The position numbers and the translations under genes were made by a program. Positions 30,955 through 40,353 of a stretch of 64,000 nt of DNA are shown here, piece after piece; the first letter of the stretch is position 1, and each line of letters begins with the position of its first letter. Source of the DNA: Candidatus Heimdallarchaeum aukensis (GTDB lineage Archaea > Asgardarchaeota > Heimdallarchaeia > Heimdallarchaeales > Heimdallarchaeaceae). A model generated the notes under the pieces. The model saw only the letters and a list, made by a program, of their open reading frames with translations. It had not been told where the DNA came from and did not search any database. The DNA is taken from contig CP084166.1 in assembly GCA_021513695.1 (NCBI GenBank), positions 1,280,001 to 1,344,000 on the forward strand. The letters are read 5' to 3'.

Positions 30955-31590
30955 ATGGACGAAAAAAATTTAGAAGAATCCTCTATTGAAGATTTTTGGA
31001 AGAAAAGTTCTCCGACCAGAGATTTAATAATTGTTTTCACTGTTATTTACCTGATTCTTACAATATTATCACTAACTTTTTTTGTAGACACAGGATATAC
31101 TGGCATTGTCAAAGTAATTTCAATTAGTCGAATCGTCTTAGAATGGACAGGACAGTATAATTTGTTAGTATTTAAAGGGTACATTTACGAGCTATTTAGC
31201 GCAATTTTTGTTCATGCGAATTTATTACATTTATTATCTAATCTCTTATTCTTCCTAATTTATGGATTAAGAGCAGATGAGAGACTATATACAAAACATT
31301 TTTACATCATATTTATTTTCTCTGCATTATTAGGAAATCTATTTACTCTAGTAGTTTATCCAGTAAATACTGTTTCTTGTGGAGCTTCAGGAGGTGTTTT
31401 TGGGTTACTTGGAGCTGACTTGATTCTGGCTTATGAAGAGGATGAAAACAGATCAATTTGGACTTATCTGGCTTCAGGTGCTATATTTTTATTTATATCT
31501 GCAGGAGTAAATGTGAATAGTTTAGCGCACGGTATTGGACTAGTTTCTGGAATAATATTAACCCTTTTTATTATTAAAAAGAGAAAGTGA
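30955..31590 (+). CDS. rhomboid-family intramembrane serine protease
   Basis: Multi-TM protein. GASGGVFGLLGA (GxSG) and a downstream AHGIG histidine. Confidence 0.65.
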   Translation: MDEKNLEESSIEDFWKKSSPTRDLIIVFTVIYLILTILSLTFFVDTGYTGIVKVISISRIVLEWTGQYNLLVFKGYIYELFSAIFVHANLLHLLSNLLFFLIYGLRADERLYTKHFYIIFIFSALLGNLFTLVVYPVNTVSCGASGGVFGLLGADLILAYEEDENRSIWTYLASGAIFLFISAGVNVNSLAHGIGLVSGIILTLFIIKKRK

Positions 31591-31695
31591 AAGAAAGCAG
31601 TTTAATTTTAAATAAACAAGCCAAAGTAGATTTAAATAGCCTAGTACAAACAGAAGATTTATTTGTTTAAATTGGATTAGAAACTAAGATTCAAG

Positions 31696-32856
31696 ATGAT
31701 TCCGTACCATGTACAAGTTTTGTTAACTAATGTACCAAACATCGAAGAAGTGTCAATCAAAGAACTTATCGAATTAGATGTGAAAAAAATTAAAGGTATT
31801 GGTGACAAATATGCAAAGGTCTTGTACAGAAAAGGAATCAAGAAAGTAAAAGATTTAGCAAAGTTAGATTCTCAAGAAATAGATTTACCCGAAAAAATAG
31901 TTACTAAATGGATAGTTGCTGCAAGAATTATCGTTAATTCACAAAAAGTTCGCAGAACTGGAAAAATTATTTTCTCAGGTCTATCTCAAGCTGGAAAAAC
32001 AAGTATTGTTTATGTATTAAAGTCAATTGTTGAACTGCCTACAGTAACAATGGGGGTAAAACAAGATTTCATTAAATTTGCAGGGCACAATATTCAAATT
32101 TCAGATATGGGAGGACAAAAAAGATTTCGTGAGATTTACCTAACTACCCCTGATTTGTATTTTGAAAGAACAAAATTGGTTTTCTATGTAATTGATATTC
32201 AAAATAAAAAAAGAATAGATGATTCTCTCGAATATCTGAAAAGATTACTTGCAATTTACCGTTACTTGCACGAAAAACCGTTCATTTCTATCTTTTTCCA
32301 CAAATTTGATCCTGATTTATCCTACAACTTAAAATATGATATTCCACCCATAAAGGAGAAAATAGAGAAAATTTTTTCTCACTATACCGAATTTCAGTAC
32401 AATTTTTTCTACACTTCTATTTACAACCCACCTAGCATATACGTGGGAATTGCTTCAACTCTATCAGAGATATTTCCAGTAATGAGTATTTTAGACGTTT
32501 TACTTAAGGATTTTGCAGAATTACACGGTTTTGATGGTTTACTTATAATGGATAGTACAGGAATGTTAATTGGTCAATTCATACGAGGAGAACAAGAATC
32601 ATTGGTGGAAGAAACCTATTCTGCTTTTAAAGAAGCAAGAAAGATTGAAAAAAACCCTTTCGGCAATATTGTTTTACGAAAAAATATAGCAGACCCTCCA
32701 GGAGGAGAGATAGTTGTACAACAAATCTTTTTACCACACAATGATGGTTTTATCTTTTACTGGAAAAAAGAAGATACTGAAATTGATTTATCAGAGTATA
32801 TGTTAAGTGAGATAACAAAAACCCTTAATCCATGGTTGTATAACCTATTATCGTGA
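31696..32856 (+). CDS. Rag/Arf-like small GTPase with N-terminal HhH-like extension and C-terminal roadblock/LC7-like domain
   Basis: P-loop GLSQAGKTS, DMGGQ (DxxGQ), HKFD instead of NKxD as in Rag/Gtr. C-terminal …FDGLLIMDSTGMLIGQF… is roadblock-like. N-terminal IKGIGDKYAKVLYRKGIKKVKDLAKL is HhH-like. Confidence 0.55.
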   Translation: MIPYHVQVLLTNVPNIEEVSIKELIELDVKKIKGIGDKYAKVLYRKGIKKVKDLAKLDSQEIDLPEKIVTKWIVAARIIVNSQKVRRTGKIIFSGLSQAGKTSIVYVLKSIVELPTVTMGVKQDFIKFAGHNIQISDMGGQKRFREIYLTTPDLYFERTKLVFYVIDIQNKKRIDDSLEYLKRLLAIYRYLHEKPFISIFFHKFDPDLSYNLKYDIPPIKEKIEKIFSHYTEFQYNFFYTSIYNPPSIYVGIASTLSEIFPVMSILDVLLKDFAELHGFDGLLIMDSTGMLIGQFIRGEQESLVEETYSAFKEARKIEKNPFGNIVLRKNIADPPGGEIVVQQIFLPHNDGFIFYWKKEDTEIDLSEYMLSEITKTLNPWLYNLLS

Positions 32857-32929
32857 AATAATTTAGATATCAATAGTCTTTAATAAAGAAATACTTTTTA
32901 ATCTATCAAATTCTTTCTGGTTAATTTAA

Positions 32930-33448
32930 ATGAAAGATAACGAATATGACCAAGAAAATAGTGGAACCAAAATTGCAAGAATTCACTTAAATGGAAAAGT
33001 AGAAGTGTTAAAAAACATTCATTTCTCTTGCAGCTCTTGTGGAGTATGTTGTAGACTTAATCGTATTCCTGTAAGAGAGGAAGATATTTTACGTTTTCAA
33101 GAACATGGTTTTGAACTAGATCAGCTATTAATTGACTTGAGCCCTGTTCTAATTCCAAGTAAAAATGTTGATGGCAATTTTATAAAAGCATATATTTTAA
33201 GGAAAAAACCATTTGTAAATGAATGTATTTTTTTGGACGATAACAATCGCTGTAGAGTTCATGAATTTAAGCCATTAGCTTGTAGACTCTATCCTTTTGC
33301 TTTAAGAAGAGAAAATGATGAAACAGTAATTATGCAAATTCATTCAAAATCTGTTTGTCCTTCAGTAAAACTAGATGTATCTGAAGAAGAATCAAATACT
33401 TTAGAATTGGTAAAACAAATGTACGAGTTATTTGATTTAGAGGAATAA
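32930..33448 (+). CDS. YkgJ/UPF0153-type putative Zn/Fe-chelating Cys-cluster protein
   Basis: CSSCGVCC…C…C…C pattern. Confidence 0.5.
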   Translation: MKDNEYDQENSGTKIARIHLNGKVEVLKNIHFSCSSCGVCCRLNRIPVREEDILRFQEHGFELDQLLIDLSPVLIPSKNVDGNFIKAYILRKKPFVNECIFLDDNNRCRVHEFKPLACRLYPFALRRENDETVIMQIHSKSVCPSVKLDVSEEESNTLELVKQMYELFDLEE

Positions 33449-33478
33449 AAGTATACAATACATTTTTCTATCATTTGT

Positions 33479-33590
33479 CTAGTACTTCCGCAATAAGTTG
33501 ACTGATTTCTATAGGTTAAAATTATAGGAGTTCATACTATCATTGGCGTGTTCTCAATTCATACTTTTTGAGATAATTCGGAAGTACTAA
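33479..33590. mobile_element. MITE-like element copy B (reverse complement of copy A, 107/108 identical in core)
   Basis: By my own comparison, the reverse complement of 33481-33590 equals 9226-9335 with one T/C difference. Confidence 0.6.
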
Positions 33591-33635
33591 TTTGTCATAG
33601 AAAAATCTAAAAGCAATAAATGCTCAATTATAGTT

Positions 33636-36623
33636 ATGCAAAGAACTGGGTTTGTTTTTTTTATTTTCTTAATGCTATCTAGTCCTTTTGTTTATCCTAC
33701 ACTAGCAAAACAAGAAAATAAAATAGACTTTATGTCCAATAATAATAATCAATTGATTTCTTCAATTCAAAATAACAAAAAAATCGTTTATGCTAATGAT
33801 CTTAGTAAAACTTGGGACACTCCACTTTCTGACGAAGAGTTAAAAAAACAATTTTTAGAAGCAGAAGGGAGAGCAATTATTTCTTTTTTCAGTTTTGCAG
33901 AACAGAAAAAAGCGATTGATATACTTGAAGGTCAAGGTATAAATGTAATTCTTAAGTATAATTCTTTTCCTGGACTAAAAATTGAATACAGCTGGAAAAA
34001 AGTAACGGATATTAGTTTAGATAATTTAAGAGTAAAATATGTTTCTCAAATTGGAAAAGATACCTTTTACTCTATTTCATTAGAACAAAATAAAGATACA
34101 ACTTTAACTGGTTTAATCGATCTTTCCGAATTAAGAGCAGCTTTAGAAATAGACTTCCTCCACAATCAAAAAGATAAAAATGGAGACTATCTCTTCGGAA
34201 AGAACATTACAATTGCAGTAATGGATAGCGGTATAGAATCTTCTCTAAAAGGCCTTAATAAAAAATTTAAATATCTTGGAAACGGAGCAATTCAACCTAC
34301 TGATGAGGATAAAATTGTCTACGATTTTAATGCTGTTCCTGGTGAGGATAAAAATGATTTAAGCGGTCATGGTACTCATATAACTTCTATTCTTGCAGGG
34401 AATGGATTTTTCACTGTTGATGGAAAAGTACAATATGAGGGAGAATATGGAATAGTTCCTGAAGCATCTTTGATGAATATTAAAGTTTTGAATGCAAGTG
34501 GTTATGGGAAAGATGAGTGGTTGGTTGATGGTTTTGATAAAGCTATTGCAAATGAGTTAAACATTGTTCCTGATATTATAACTGCAAGTTTAACTTCAAT
34601 TACTTTTTTAAGTGAACATGACCCACTTAATGAAATTGTGCAAGAAGCAGCTAAAAAAGGAATAATGATAGTTACTTCTGCAGGAAATTATGGACCAACG
34701 AGTTCATCTATTGGTTCTCCAGCTGTATGGGAAAACGTTTTATCAATTGGCAGTACCTCAACTATGAAAGATATCTCACTATTCAGTTCAAGCGGTCCAA
34801 CACCATATTTAACAGCTGGAGTGGATTTAGTAGCACCAGGAAGATTAGTTTTAGGATTAAATAGTAGTACAGGAGAAAAGAGATACACATCTGGAACATC
34901 AATTTCAACACCAATAGTTTCAGGAATACTGGCTTTATTAAAACAAGCTTTTCCAGAGTACAACTCTTCACAGTTAGAATCGGCAATATTAAACACAGCA
35001 GACGATTTGAATAAGCCAATAGTTTTTCAAGGAAATGGATTAGTAGACGCTAGAGAAGCTTATTTCTGGTTAAAAAACAACCCAGGGATTACTTTTTCGA
35101 TTCTACCTAAGCGTATTTCACCTGAAAATCTATTCTTTTACTCATGTGTTGAAGGAACACAATCATCTTTCAAAGTGAAAACAATATCTAGTGATGAACA
35201 GCATTTATGGACAAATATAACTGGAGACGATGAGATAGTAGAAATCGGAGAAGAGATAGTTCTTTCAAAGGGTTGGAATATCTTTTCATTTAACATTACT
35301 ATTCCTTATAATAAACCTATTAAGAATTACCAAGCTGTAATAACTTTTACAAATTCTGAAAATTATACTGAAAATATAACAATTAATCTTCAATCTAGAT
35401 ATTACAGAGGATCGATTCTCTTTGATATTAGCCATGATAGTGATATAACAAACAATTCATGGTTTGGTGGATCGTCTCCTTATGGAGCTCATCTATATAT
35501 GGCAAGAATGTTAAAAGATAGAGGTTTTAAGATAAGCACTTTTTCTGAAGGAAACTTTTCTGATGAATTGAGCAAAAATGACATTTTGGTTATTTCAGAC
35601 CCTGAAAAGCATTTTTCTATAGATGAAAGAGAACAGATATATAATTTCATAAAAGACGGTGGTTCATTCTTGCTTTTAGTAGATAGCTATAGAATAGAAG
35701 TAGAATCTGCTAAAGAAGATCCAATTTATCCAAGTAATTATACAGCTATTGACAATTTAGTAGGTTCTCTTGGTATCACAATAGATCCCGATTTCCATTC
35801 AATGCAAACTCCTTATGCTACTGTGTTTTCTAGTGGGCATTCAGATATTACAGATGTAGAGGAAGCATTCTTTTTAGGTTCATGTTTACAATTCGATAAT
35901 GATACAAATTCAGATGTAAAACTTTCTCCTTTATCTGCGATTAATATAGGTACAGAAAAATCTCCGTTCTGGAAAATTACTGGTGTAGTTGGAGAGTATG
36001 GTAAAGGAAAAATAATTGTTTTCGGTTCAGGATACACATTCTCTAATTTTGGATTAATGTATGATGAATTCGATGTAGACTACAGAAATAGAGGTGCAAT
36101 TGGATTAGGGAGTATAAGTTATAACCATTTGTTCAGTGATGAGATGGATAAAAACAATAGAGAACTTATAAATGATACCTTTAGTTGGTTATCGACTTTC
36201 AACAGACCAATAATCGATTTTAGCTTGGATCAAGAAAAGATTCTAATTAGAGAAGAATTTACTATTTCTGTCTCAGTGACTATGACAAGTGAATTTCAAC
36301 AAGGGAATCCATATGCAACTCAATATCTTAATGGAACAATTCTTTTCAGCGACAATTCAATTAGATATGTTGTTCTCTCTGCAGTTGGAGCAGGAATTTA
36401 TGAGCTTTCTACTTCAATTTCGCGTTATGGAGAATTTACGTTATTTATTCCTTTGAAGTTAGAAGGGCACAACCCCACTGACGGGAGAATAGACTTGTTT
36501 TGTGATGTTGAACTTTGGGATCAACAACAAGAAATTGCAAACATAGCAAACCTTGTTCTCACTTTATTTTTCATTGTTCTGCTTGGTTTACCTTTTGTTA
36601 ATTATCGCTTCAAAAATAAATAA
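33636..36623 (+). CDS. secreted subtilisin-like serine protease (S8) with C-terminal membrane anchor
   Basis: Signal peptide. Asp in VMDSGIESS, His in HGTHITSILAG, Ser in GTSISTPIVSG. C-terminal TM plus RFKNK. Confidence 0.85.
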   Translation: MQRTGFVFFIFLMLSSPFVYPTLAKQENKIDFMSNNNNQLISSIQNNKKIVYANDLSKTWDTPLSDEELKKQFLEAEGRAIISFFSFAEQKKAIDILEGQGINVILKYNSFPGLKIEYSWKKVTDISLDNLRVKYVSQIGKDTFYSISLEQNKDTTLTGLIDLSELRAALEIDFLHNQKDKNGDYLFGKNITIAVMDSGIESSLKGLNKKFKYLGNGAIQPTDEDKIVYDFNAVPGEDKNDLSGHGTHITSILAGNGFFTVDGKVQYEGEYGIVPEASLMNIKVLNASGYGKDEWLVDGFDKAIANELNIVPDIITASLTSITFLSEHDPLNEIVQEAAKKGIMIVTSAGNYGPTSSSIGSPAVWENVLSIGSTSTMKDISLFSSSGPTPYLTAGVDLVAPGRLVLGLNSSTGEKRYTSGTSISTPIVSGILALLKQAFPEYNSSQLESAILNTADDLNKPIVFQGNGLVDAREAYFWLKNNPGITFSILPKRISPENLFFYSCVEGTQSSFKVKTISSDEQHLWTNITGDDEIVEIGEEIVLSKGWNIFSFNITIPYNKPIKNYQAVITFTNSENYTENITINLQSRYYRGSILFDISHDSDITNNSWFGGSSPYGAHLYMARMLKDRGFKISTFSEGNFSDELSKNDILVISDPEKHFSIDEREQIYNFIKDGGSFLLLVDSYRIEVESAKEDPIYPSNYTAIDNLVGSLGITIDPDFHSMQTPYATVFSSGHSDITDVEEAFFLGSCLQFDNDTNSDVKLSPLSAINIGTEKSPFWKITGVVGEYGKGKIIVFGSGYTFSNFGLMYDEFDVDYRNRGAIGLGSISYNHLFSDEMDKNNRELINDTFSWLSTFNRPIIDFSLDQEKILIREEFTISVSVTMTSEFQQGNPYATQYLNGTILFSDNSIRYVVLSAVGAGIYELSTSISRYGEFTLFIPLKLEGHNPTDGRIDLFCDVELWDQQQEIANIANLVLTLFFIVLLGLPFVNYRFKNK

Positions 36624-36772
36624 TTAATTTTTTCATTTATTCATTTATTCTCAGTATAAGACTCCATATACCAAATATTTATGAAAAATCACCAAAAATA
36701 TTAGATTTGCTTCTTACACGTTGAGAAAATTAGGTATTTATGTTTTTCAGAGCGCATACTCGCAACATAAAG

Positions 36773-36803
36773 TTTATATAGATGTGTGAGAATTTGTCAC
36801 ACA
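36773..36803 (+). promoter_or_regulatory. TATA box (TTTATATA) followed by perfect 7-7-7 palindrome TGTGTGA-gaatttg-TCACACA. Candidate operator of the downstream wHTH regulator gene.
   Basis: The palindrome lies between the TATA box and the GGTGG RBS (36807-36811), which precedes ATG 36818. Confidence 0.4.
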
Positions 36804-36817
36804 CAAAGGTGGTTAAG

Positions 36818-37081
36818 ATGAAACGAGAAAGATTACCCAAAGGGTCTCGTGAAGTAATTCAATTACTTGAAAAAGAGGGAGCATTAACTCAAAAAGCAAT
36901 TATTGATAAATTAAAGGACATGAAACCACGTTCTGTAAGATATACAGTTAGACAACTAATTGATAGATCAATTCTGTCAGAAATAGCTAACTTCTCAGAT
37001 ATGAGATCAAGCCTTATTGGTTTGAACAAACAAAATGAGGAAATCATTAAACAATTATCAAAAATTTCAGTTTCAACATAA
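36818..37081 (+). CDS. small winged-helix transcriptional regulator (likely true start at 36818, not 36782)
   Basis: 88-aa wHTH-like protein (…LTQKAIIDKLKDMKPRSVRYTVRQLIDRSIL…). The upstream ATG at 36782 falls inside the palindrome and lacks an RBS. Confidence 0.5.
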   Translation: MKRERLPKGSREVIQLLEKEGALTQKAIIDKLKDMKPRSVRYTVRQLIDRSILSEIANFSDMRSSLIGLNKQNEEIIKQLSKISVST

Positions 37082-37233
37082 GAAATGATAAACCAGAATT
37101 TTTCTGTTAATTATCATTTCTATTTTTTATAAAACATTCAATTTTTCTACTCTGATTAAAGAAAACCACATTAACTTTATTAATTTCTTTTCGCTTAAAG
37201 AAATACTTTTTTATGTATTATAATTAATTATCT

Positions 37234-38529
37234 TTGAAAGCTATGACATTAAAGATATTCCTTACAATAGGAGGTTTTTTTGTCTTAGATGACAATAATG
37301 ATGTTATATCTACTAAGACTTTTGAACCTGACCCAGTGTATGTTAGTACAAAGATCTTTAATTTAGAAAGATATAATGAATCTGAAGAATTAAATGCGAT
37401 TCTAGAAGAATATGCTGACACGGAAATTAAAACTAACTCTAGTTTAGTTCGTGATTTTATTCGTTCAAGAAGAAGGAAAGTTTCTTTAGATAATTCATCA
37501 GATGACTTCTATTCATTTCAAAGTTCATTATTTAGCAATTTAGCAAAACATACTAGTATTAAAACAGATGAGATTTATCATCAACTTGTTCGTGAAACTA
37601 ATATATTAATATCAAAAAAACGTGTTGCTGTCGCTAGTCAACGAACTGATAAAATGGTTGTCCATGCTATATTAAGTTTGGATGATATTGTTACTACAAT
37701 CAATCTTTTTATGAGTCGGATTCGAGAATGGTATGGGATTCATTTTCCTGAAATTTTAAAGGAAGTTGAAAACCATGAAACATTTTGCAAGATAATTACA
37801 GAAATTGGAGCAAGACAATTCTACTCAAAAAAAGCATTAGAAGAGTATGGATTTTCTGCTAAAAAAACAGAAAGGATCTATAATTTAGCAAAAAGTTCTA
37901 TGGGCGCAGAATATGATAACAAAGACCTTCTCCCTCTACAACGCTTAGCTCAGCAGACTCTACAATTATTCGAAGAAAAGCGTATGCTCGAAAATTGGAT
38001 AGATGAGCAAGTCAATAAGATTGCTCCTAATTTAAAAGCAATTGTTGGTTCAGCTATTACAGCAAGACTTATCGCTCTTGCTGGAGGTCTTCAAGAGATG
38101 GCACTTCTTCCTTCTTCTACAATTCAACTTCTTGGTGCAGAGAAAGCTCTCTTTAGAGCCTTAAAGACAGGTGCAAAACCCCCTAAACATGGTGTCATTT
38201 ATCAGACTCCTGAACTTCACAGTTGTAAATGGTGGCAAAGAGGTAACATCGCAAGAGCTATTGCTGGAAAATTGACAATTGCTGCCAGAATTGACGCTTT
38301 CCAAGGAGAATACAGAGGAGACGAATTAAAGATGGACCTCGATCAGAAAATTGAGGAAATAAAGGAGAAATATAGTGAACCTCCACAAGGAAAAAAAGAC
38401 CCTGCTCTAATACGTCAGCAAAGACCCCGCGGAAAACCAAAATCTCGATCAAGACAAAAAAACTATGATAAATCCAAAAGTAGGAAACACAAAGGTGGCA
38501 AAAACTATTCCAAAAAAGGAAAAAAATAG
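37234..38529 (+). CDS. nop5: C/D box snoRNP protein Nop56/58 (Nop5)
   Basis: NOP domain …AITARLIALAGGLQEMALLPSSTIQLLGAEKALFRAL…KHGVIYQ…, KK-rich tail, immediately upstream of fibrillarin. Confidence 0.85.
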   Translation: MKAMTLKIFLTIGGFFVLDDNNDVISTKTFEPDPVYVSTKIFNLERYNESEELNAILEEYADTEIKTNSSLVRDFIRSRRRKVSLDNSSDDFYSFQSSLFSNLAKHTSIKTDEIYHQLVRETNILISKKRVAVASQRTDKMVVHAILSLDDIVTTINLFMSRIREWYGIHFPEILKEVENHETFCKIITEIGARQFYSKKALEEYGFSAKKTERIYNLAKSSMGAEYDNKDLLPLQRLAQQTLQLFEEKRMLENWIDEQVNKIAPNLKAIVGSAITARLIALAGGLQEMALLPSSTIQLLGAEKALFRALKTGAKPPKHGVIYQTPELHSCKWWQRGNIARAIAGKLTIAARIDAFQGEYRGDELKMDLDQKIEEIKEKYSEPPQGKKDPALIRQQRPRGKPKSRSRQKNYDKSKSRKHKGGKNYSKKGKK

Positions 38530-38539
38530 GTGACAAATA

Positions 38540-39226
38540 ATGGTAGAACTAAAAAAACACAAATTTGAAAATCTTTTCTGGTTGCATTTTTCAGATGGAA
38601 AGGTTCGATTAGCTACTAAAAACAGCGATCCAGGTAAAAAAGTGTATACAGAAAGGCTCGTAAGTGTAGATGGAAATGAATATAGAACATTTGACCCCTA
38701 CAAAAGTAAATTAGCTGCCGCAATTAGATCGGACTTACAAAACTTTCCTTTTGATGAAGGAGTTAAAGTTCTTTATCTAGGTGCTGCATCAGGAACTACT
38801 GTTTCTCATGTTTCAGATATCATAGGAGATGATGGAGAGATTTATGCAGTAGAATTCTCTCCAAGATCATTAAGAGATTTAGTAACAGTAGCTGAAAGAA
38901 GAAAAAATATTATTCCTATTTTAGCTGATGCAAGGTATCCTGAGACTTACTCTTTCACTGTCCCCCAAGTTGACATTGTCTTTGAGGACGTAGCACAACC
39001 TTTTCAGACTGAGATTTTATGGGTAAATGTTCAAACCTTCCTTAAAAAAGGAGGCTTCTTCTTTATAGCTGTAAAAGCAAGAAGCATAGATGTTACAACT
39101 AGCCCAAAAGTTATTTTTGAACGAGTTAAAAAAGAGATTCTTGAATATGGATTAGAGATAGTCGAAGAAATCAACTTAGAACAATATGAAAAAGATCACA
39201 TGATGTTCGTGGGTAAAAAACCTTAA
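38540..39226 (+). CDS. flpA: fibrillarin (rRNA/tRNA 2'-O-methyltransferase)
   Basis: VLYLGAASGTTVSHVSDI SAM motif. Classic nop5-flpA pair. Confidence 0.9.
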   Translation: MVELKKHKFENLFWLHFSDGKVRLATKNSDPGKKVYTERLVSVDGNEYRTFDPYKSKLAAAIRSDLQNFPFDEGVKVLYLGAASGTTVSHVSDIIGDDGEIYAVEFSPRSLRDLVTVAERRKNIIPILADARYPETYSFTVPQVDIVFEDVAQPFQTEILWVNVQTFLKKGGFFFIAVKARSIDVTTSPKVIFERVKKEILEYGLEIVEEINLEQYEKDHMMFVGKKP

Positions 39227-40350
39227 CTCTCTAAATTTTCTTTTAGCATTGCATATTTTTTGATATATTCCTTAACTAAATCAAACGCTTTTTTCATTTC
39301 TTGTAGTTCGTCTATTGTAAATGTGGGAACTAGTTCTGAAGCTGGATGGTCTTCTTCATCGATTATCAAAATAGGTCTTCTTTTTGCAATAGATGCAATT
39401 TTTTGTGTCATTTCTACACGAGTAATGACATTTTTTCCGTTATCTTCGTCTACACACAACAAAACATTTAATCCGCTTTTTATGTCATGATTTCCATGTT
39501 CTCCATAAGCATCAAAAGGCATTTTTTTAACCCAGAACTGTGATATTAGTCCTAGATCTTCCAATAGAATTGCGATTTCTTCTTTCCTCGGAGTTAGTTT
39601 TTCTATTGAACTAACTGTATCTTCTTCTAAGCTGAATTTAATATTAAAAATAGGTATTCCTTGAGTTAAAGAGGTGTCTAAAATATCTTCCAGTAGAATT
39701 GCTGTTTCTGGAGGAGGATTTATAGAGTGCTCATATTCATACATTGTACGTCTTGAAATACCAATTAAACGTGCTAATTCACCATAACTTAGGTTTTTAT
39801 CCAATCTTGCTTTTCTTAAACTATTTCTATTTATACAGACATAATACCCTCCTCTATTACAATATACTACAGGAGGTAAACCATCGATCATCAAATTCAA
39901 AAATGTCTCAGGACTAATTACTGGGATGTCATGTCTGAATAAGACTAACCCATCTTGAATTTCATCAAATCTTTTTCCTCTTACACCAATAATAACAGGA
40001 GAAGCTTGGAGAAAAGCTGACAAGTTTTTTAATTCTTGAGCTTGTGCTTTTAATAAATTATCAATGTAGGGTTCGATTTTAATGATTGTTAACTTGCTTT
40101 CTTTTTTTGCAATAATATCAAAACATGTATTTGGAGTATTTGTGAGGTCGACAAATGAATAATTCAATTTAGTAAAAACTTTGAGAAGAATTTTTCTTAG
40201 AATCTCCTTTGCTTGACGCGAAGACGAATCCATCAACTCTCTCAGGTTTTCATTGAATTGTTTAATGTCGTCCTCAGAAAACATAGTGTTTCCTCTTTTA
40301 TTCTCAAAAAACATCACTTGTTTATAAATATAAATTTGTCTTTCGTGCAA
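39223..40350 (-). CDS. archaeal HTH (XRE-type) domain protein, putative transcriptional regulator, co-operonic with elp3
   Basis: Central HTH LSYGELARLIGISRRTMYEYE. The start is 4 nt after the Elp3 stop. Confidence 0.45.
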   Translation of the reverse strand: MHERQIYIYKQVMFFENKRGNTMFSEDDIKQFNENLRELMDSSSRQAKEILRKILLKVFTKLNYSFVDLTNTPNTCFDIIAKKESKLTIIKIEPYIDNLLKAQAQELKNLSAFLQASPVIIGVRGKRFDEIQDGLVLFRHDIPVISPETFLNLMIDGLPPVVYCNRGGYYVCINRNSLRKARLDKNLSYGELARLIGISRRTMYEYEHSINPPPETAILLEDILDTSLTQGIPIFNIKFSLEEDTVSSIEKLTPRKEEIAILLEDLGLISQFWVKKMPFDAYGEHGNHDIKSGLNVLLCVDEDNGKNVITRVEMTQKIASIAKRRPILIIDEEDHPASELVPTFTIDELQEMKKAFDLVKEYIKKYAMLKENLES

Positions 40351-40353
40351 AAC

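Noticed and set aside
9224-33590. A 24-kb composite transposon or genomic island bounded by the two inverted MITE copies
   Set aside because: The interval contains core housekeeping genes (eS8, Gar1, SRP19, FtsJ, Trm1, RNase HII, mevalonate enzymes) and no transposase or integrase. The repeats are better explained as two independent small insertions, although inversion between them remains possible.
36782-36817. ORF-track start codon 36782 for the wHTH regulator
   Set aside because: That ATG sits inside the TGTGTGA-N7-TCACACA palindrome, directly after the TATA box and with no RBS. The downstream ATG 36818 has a GGTGG RBS at proper spacing.
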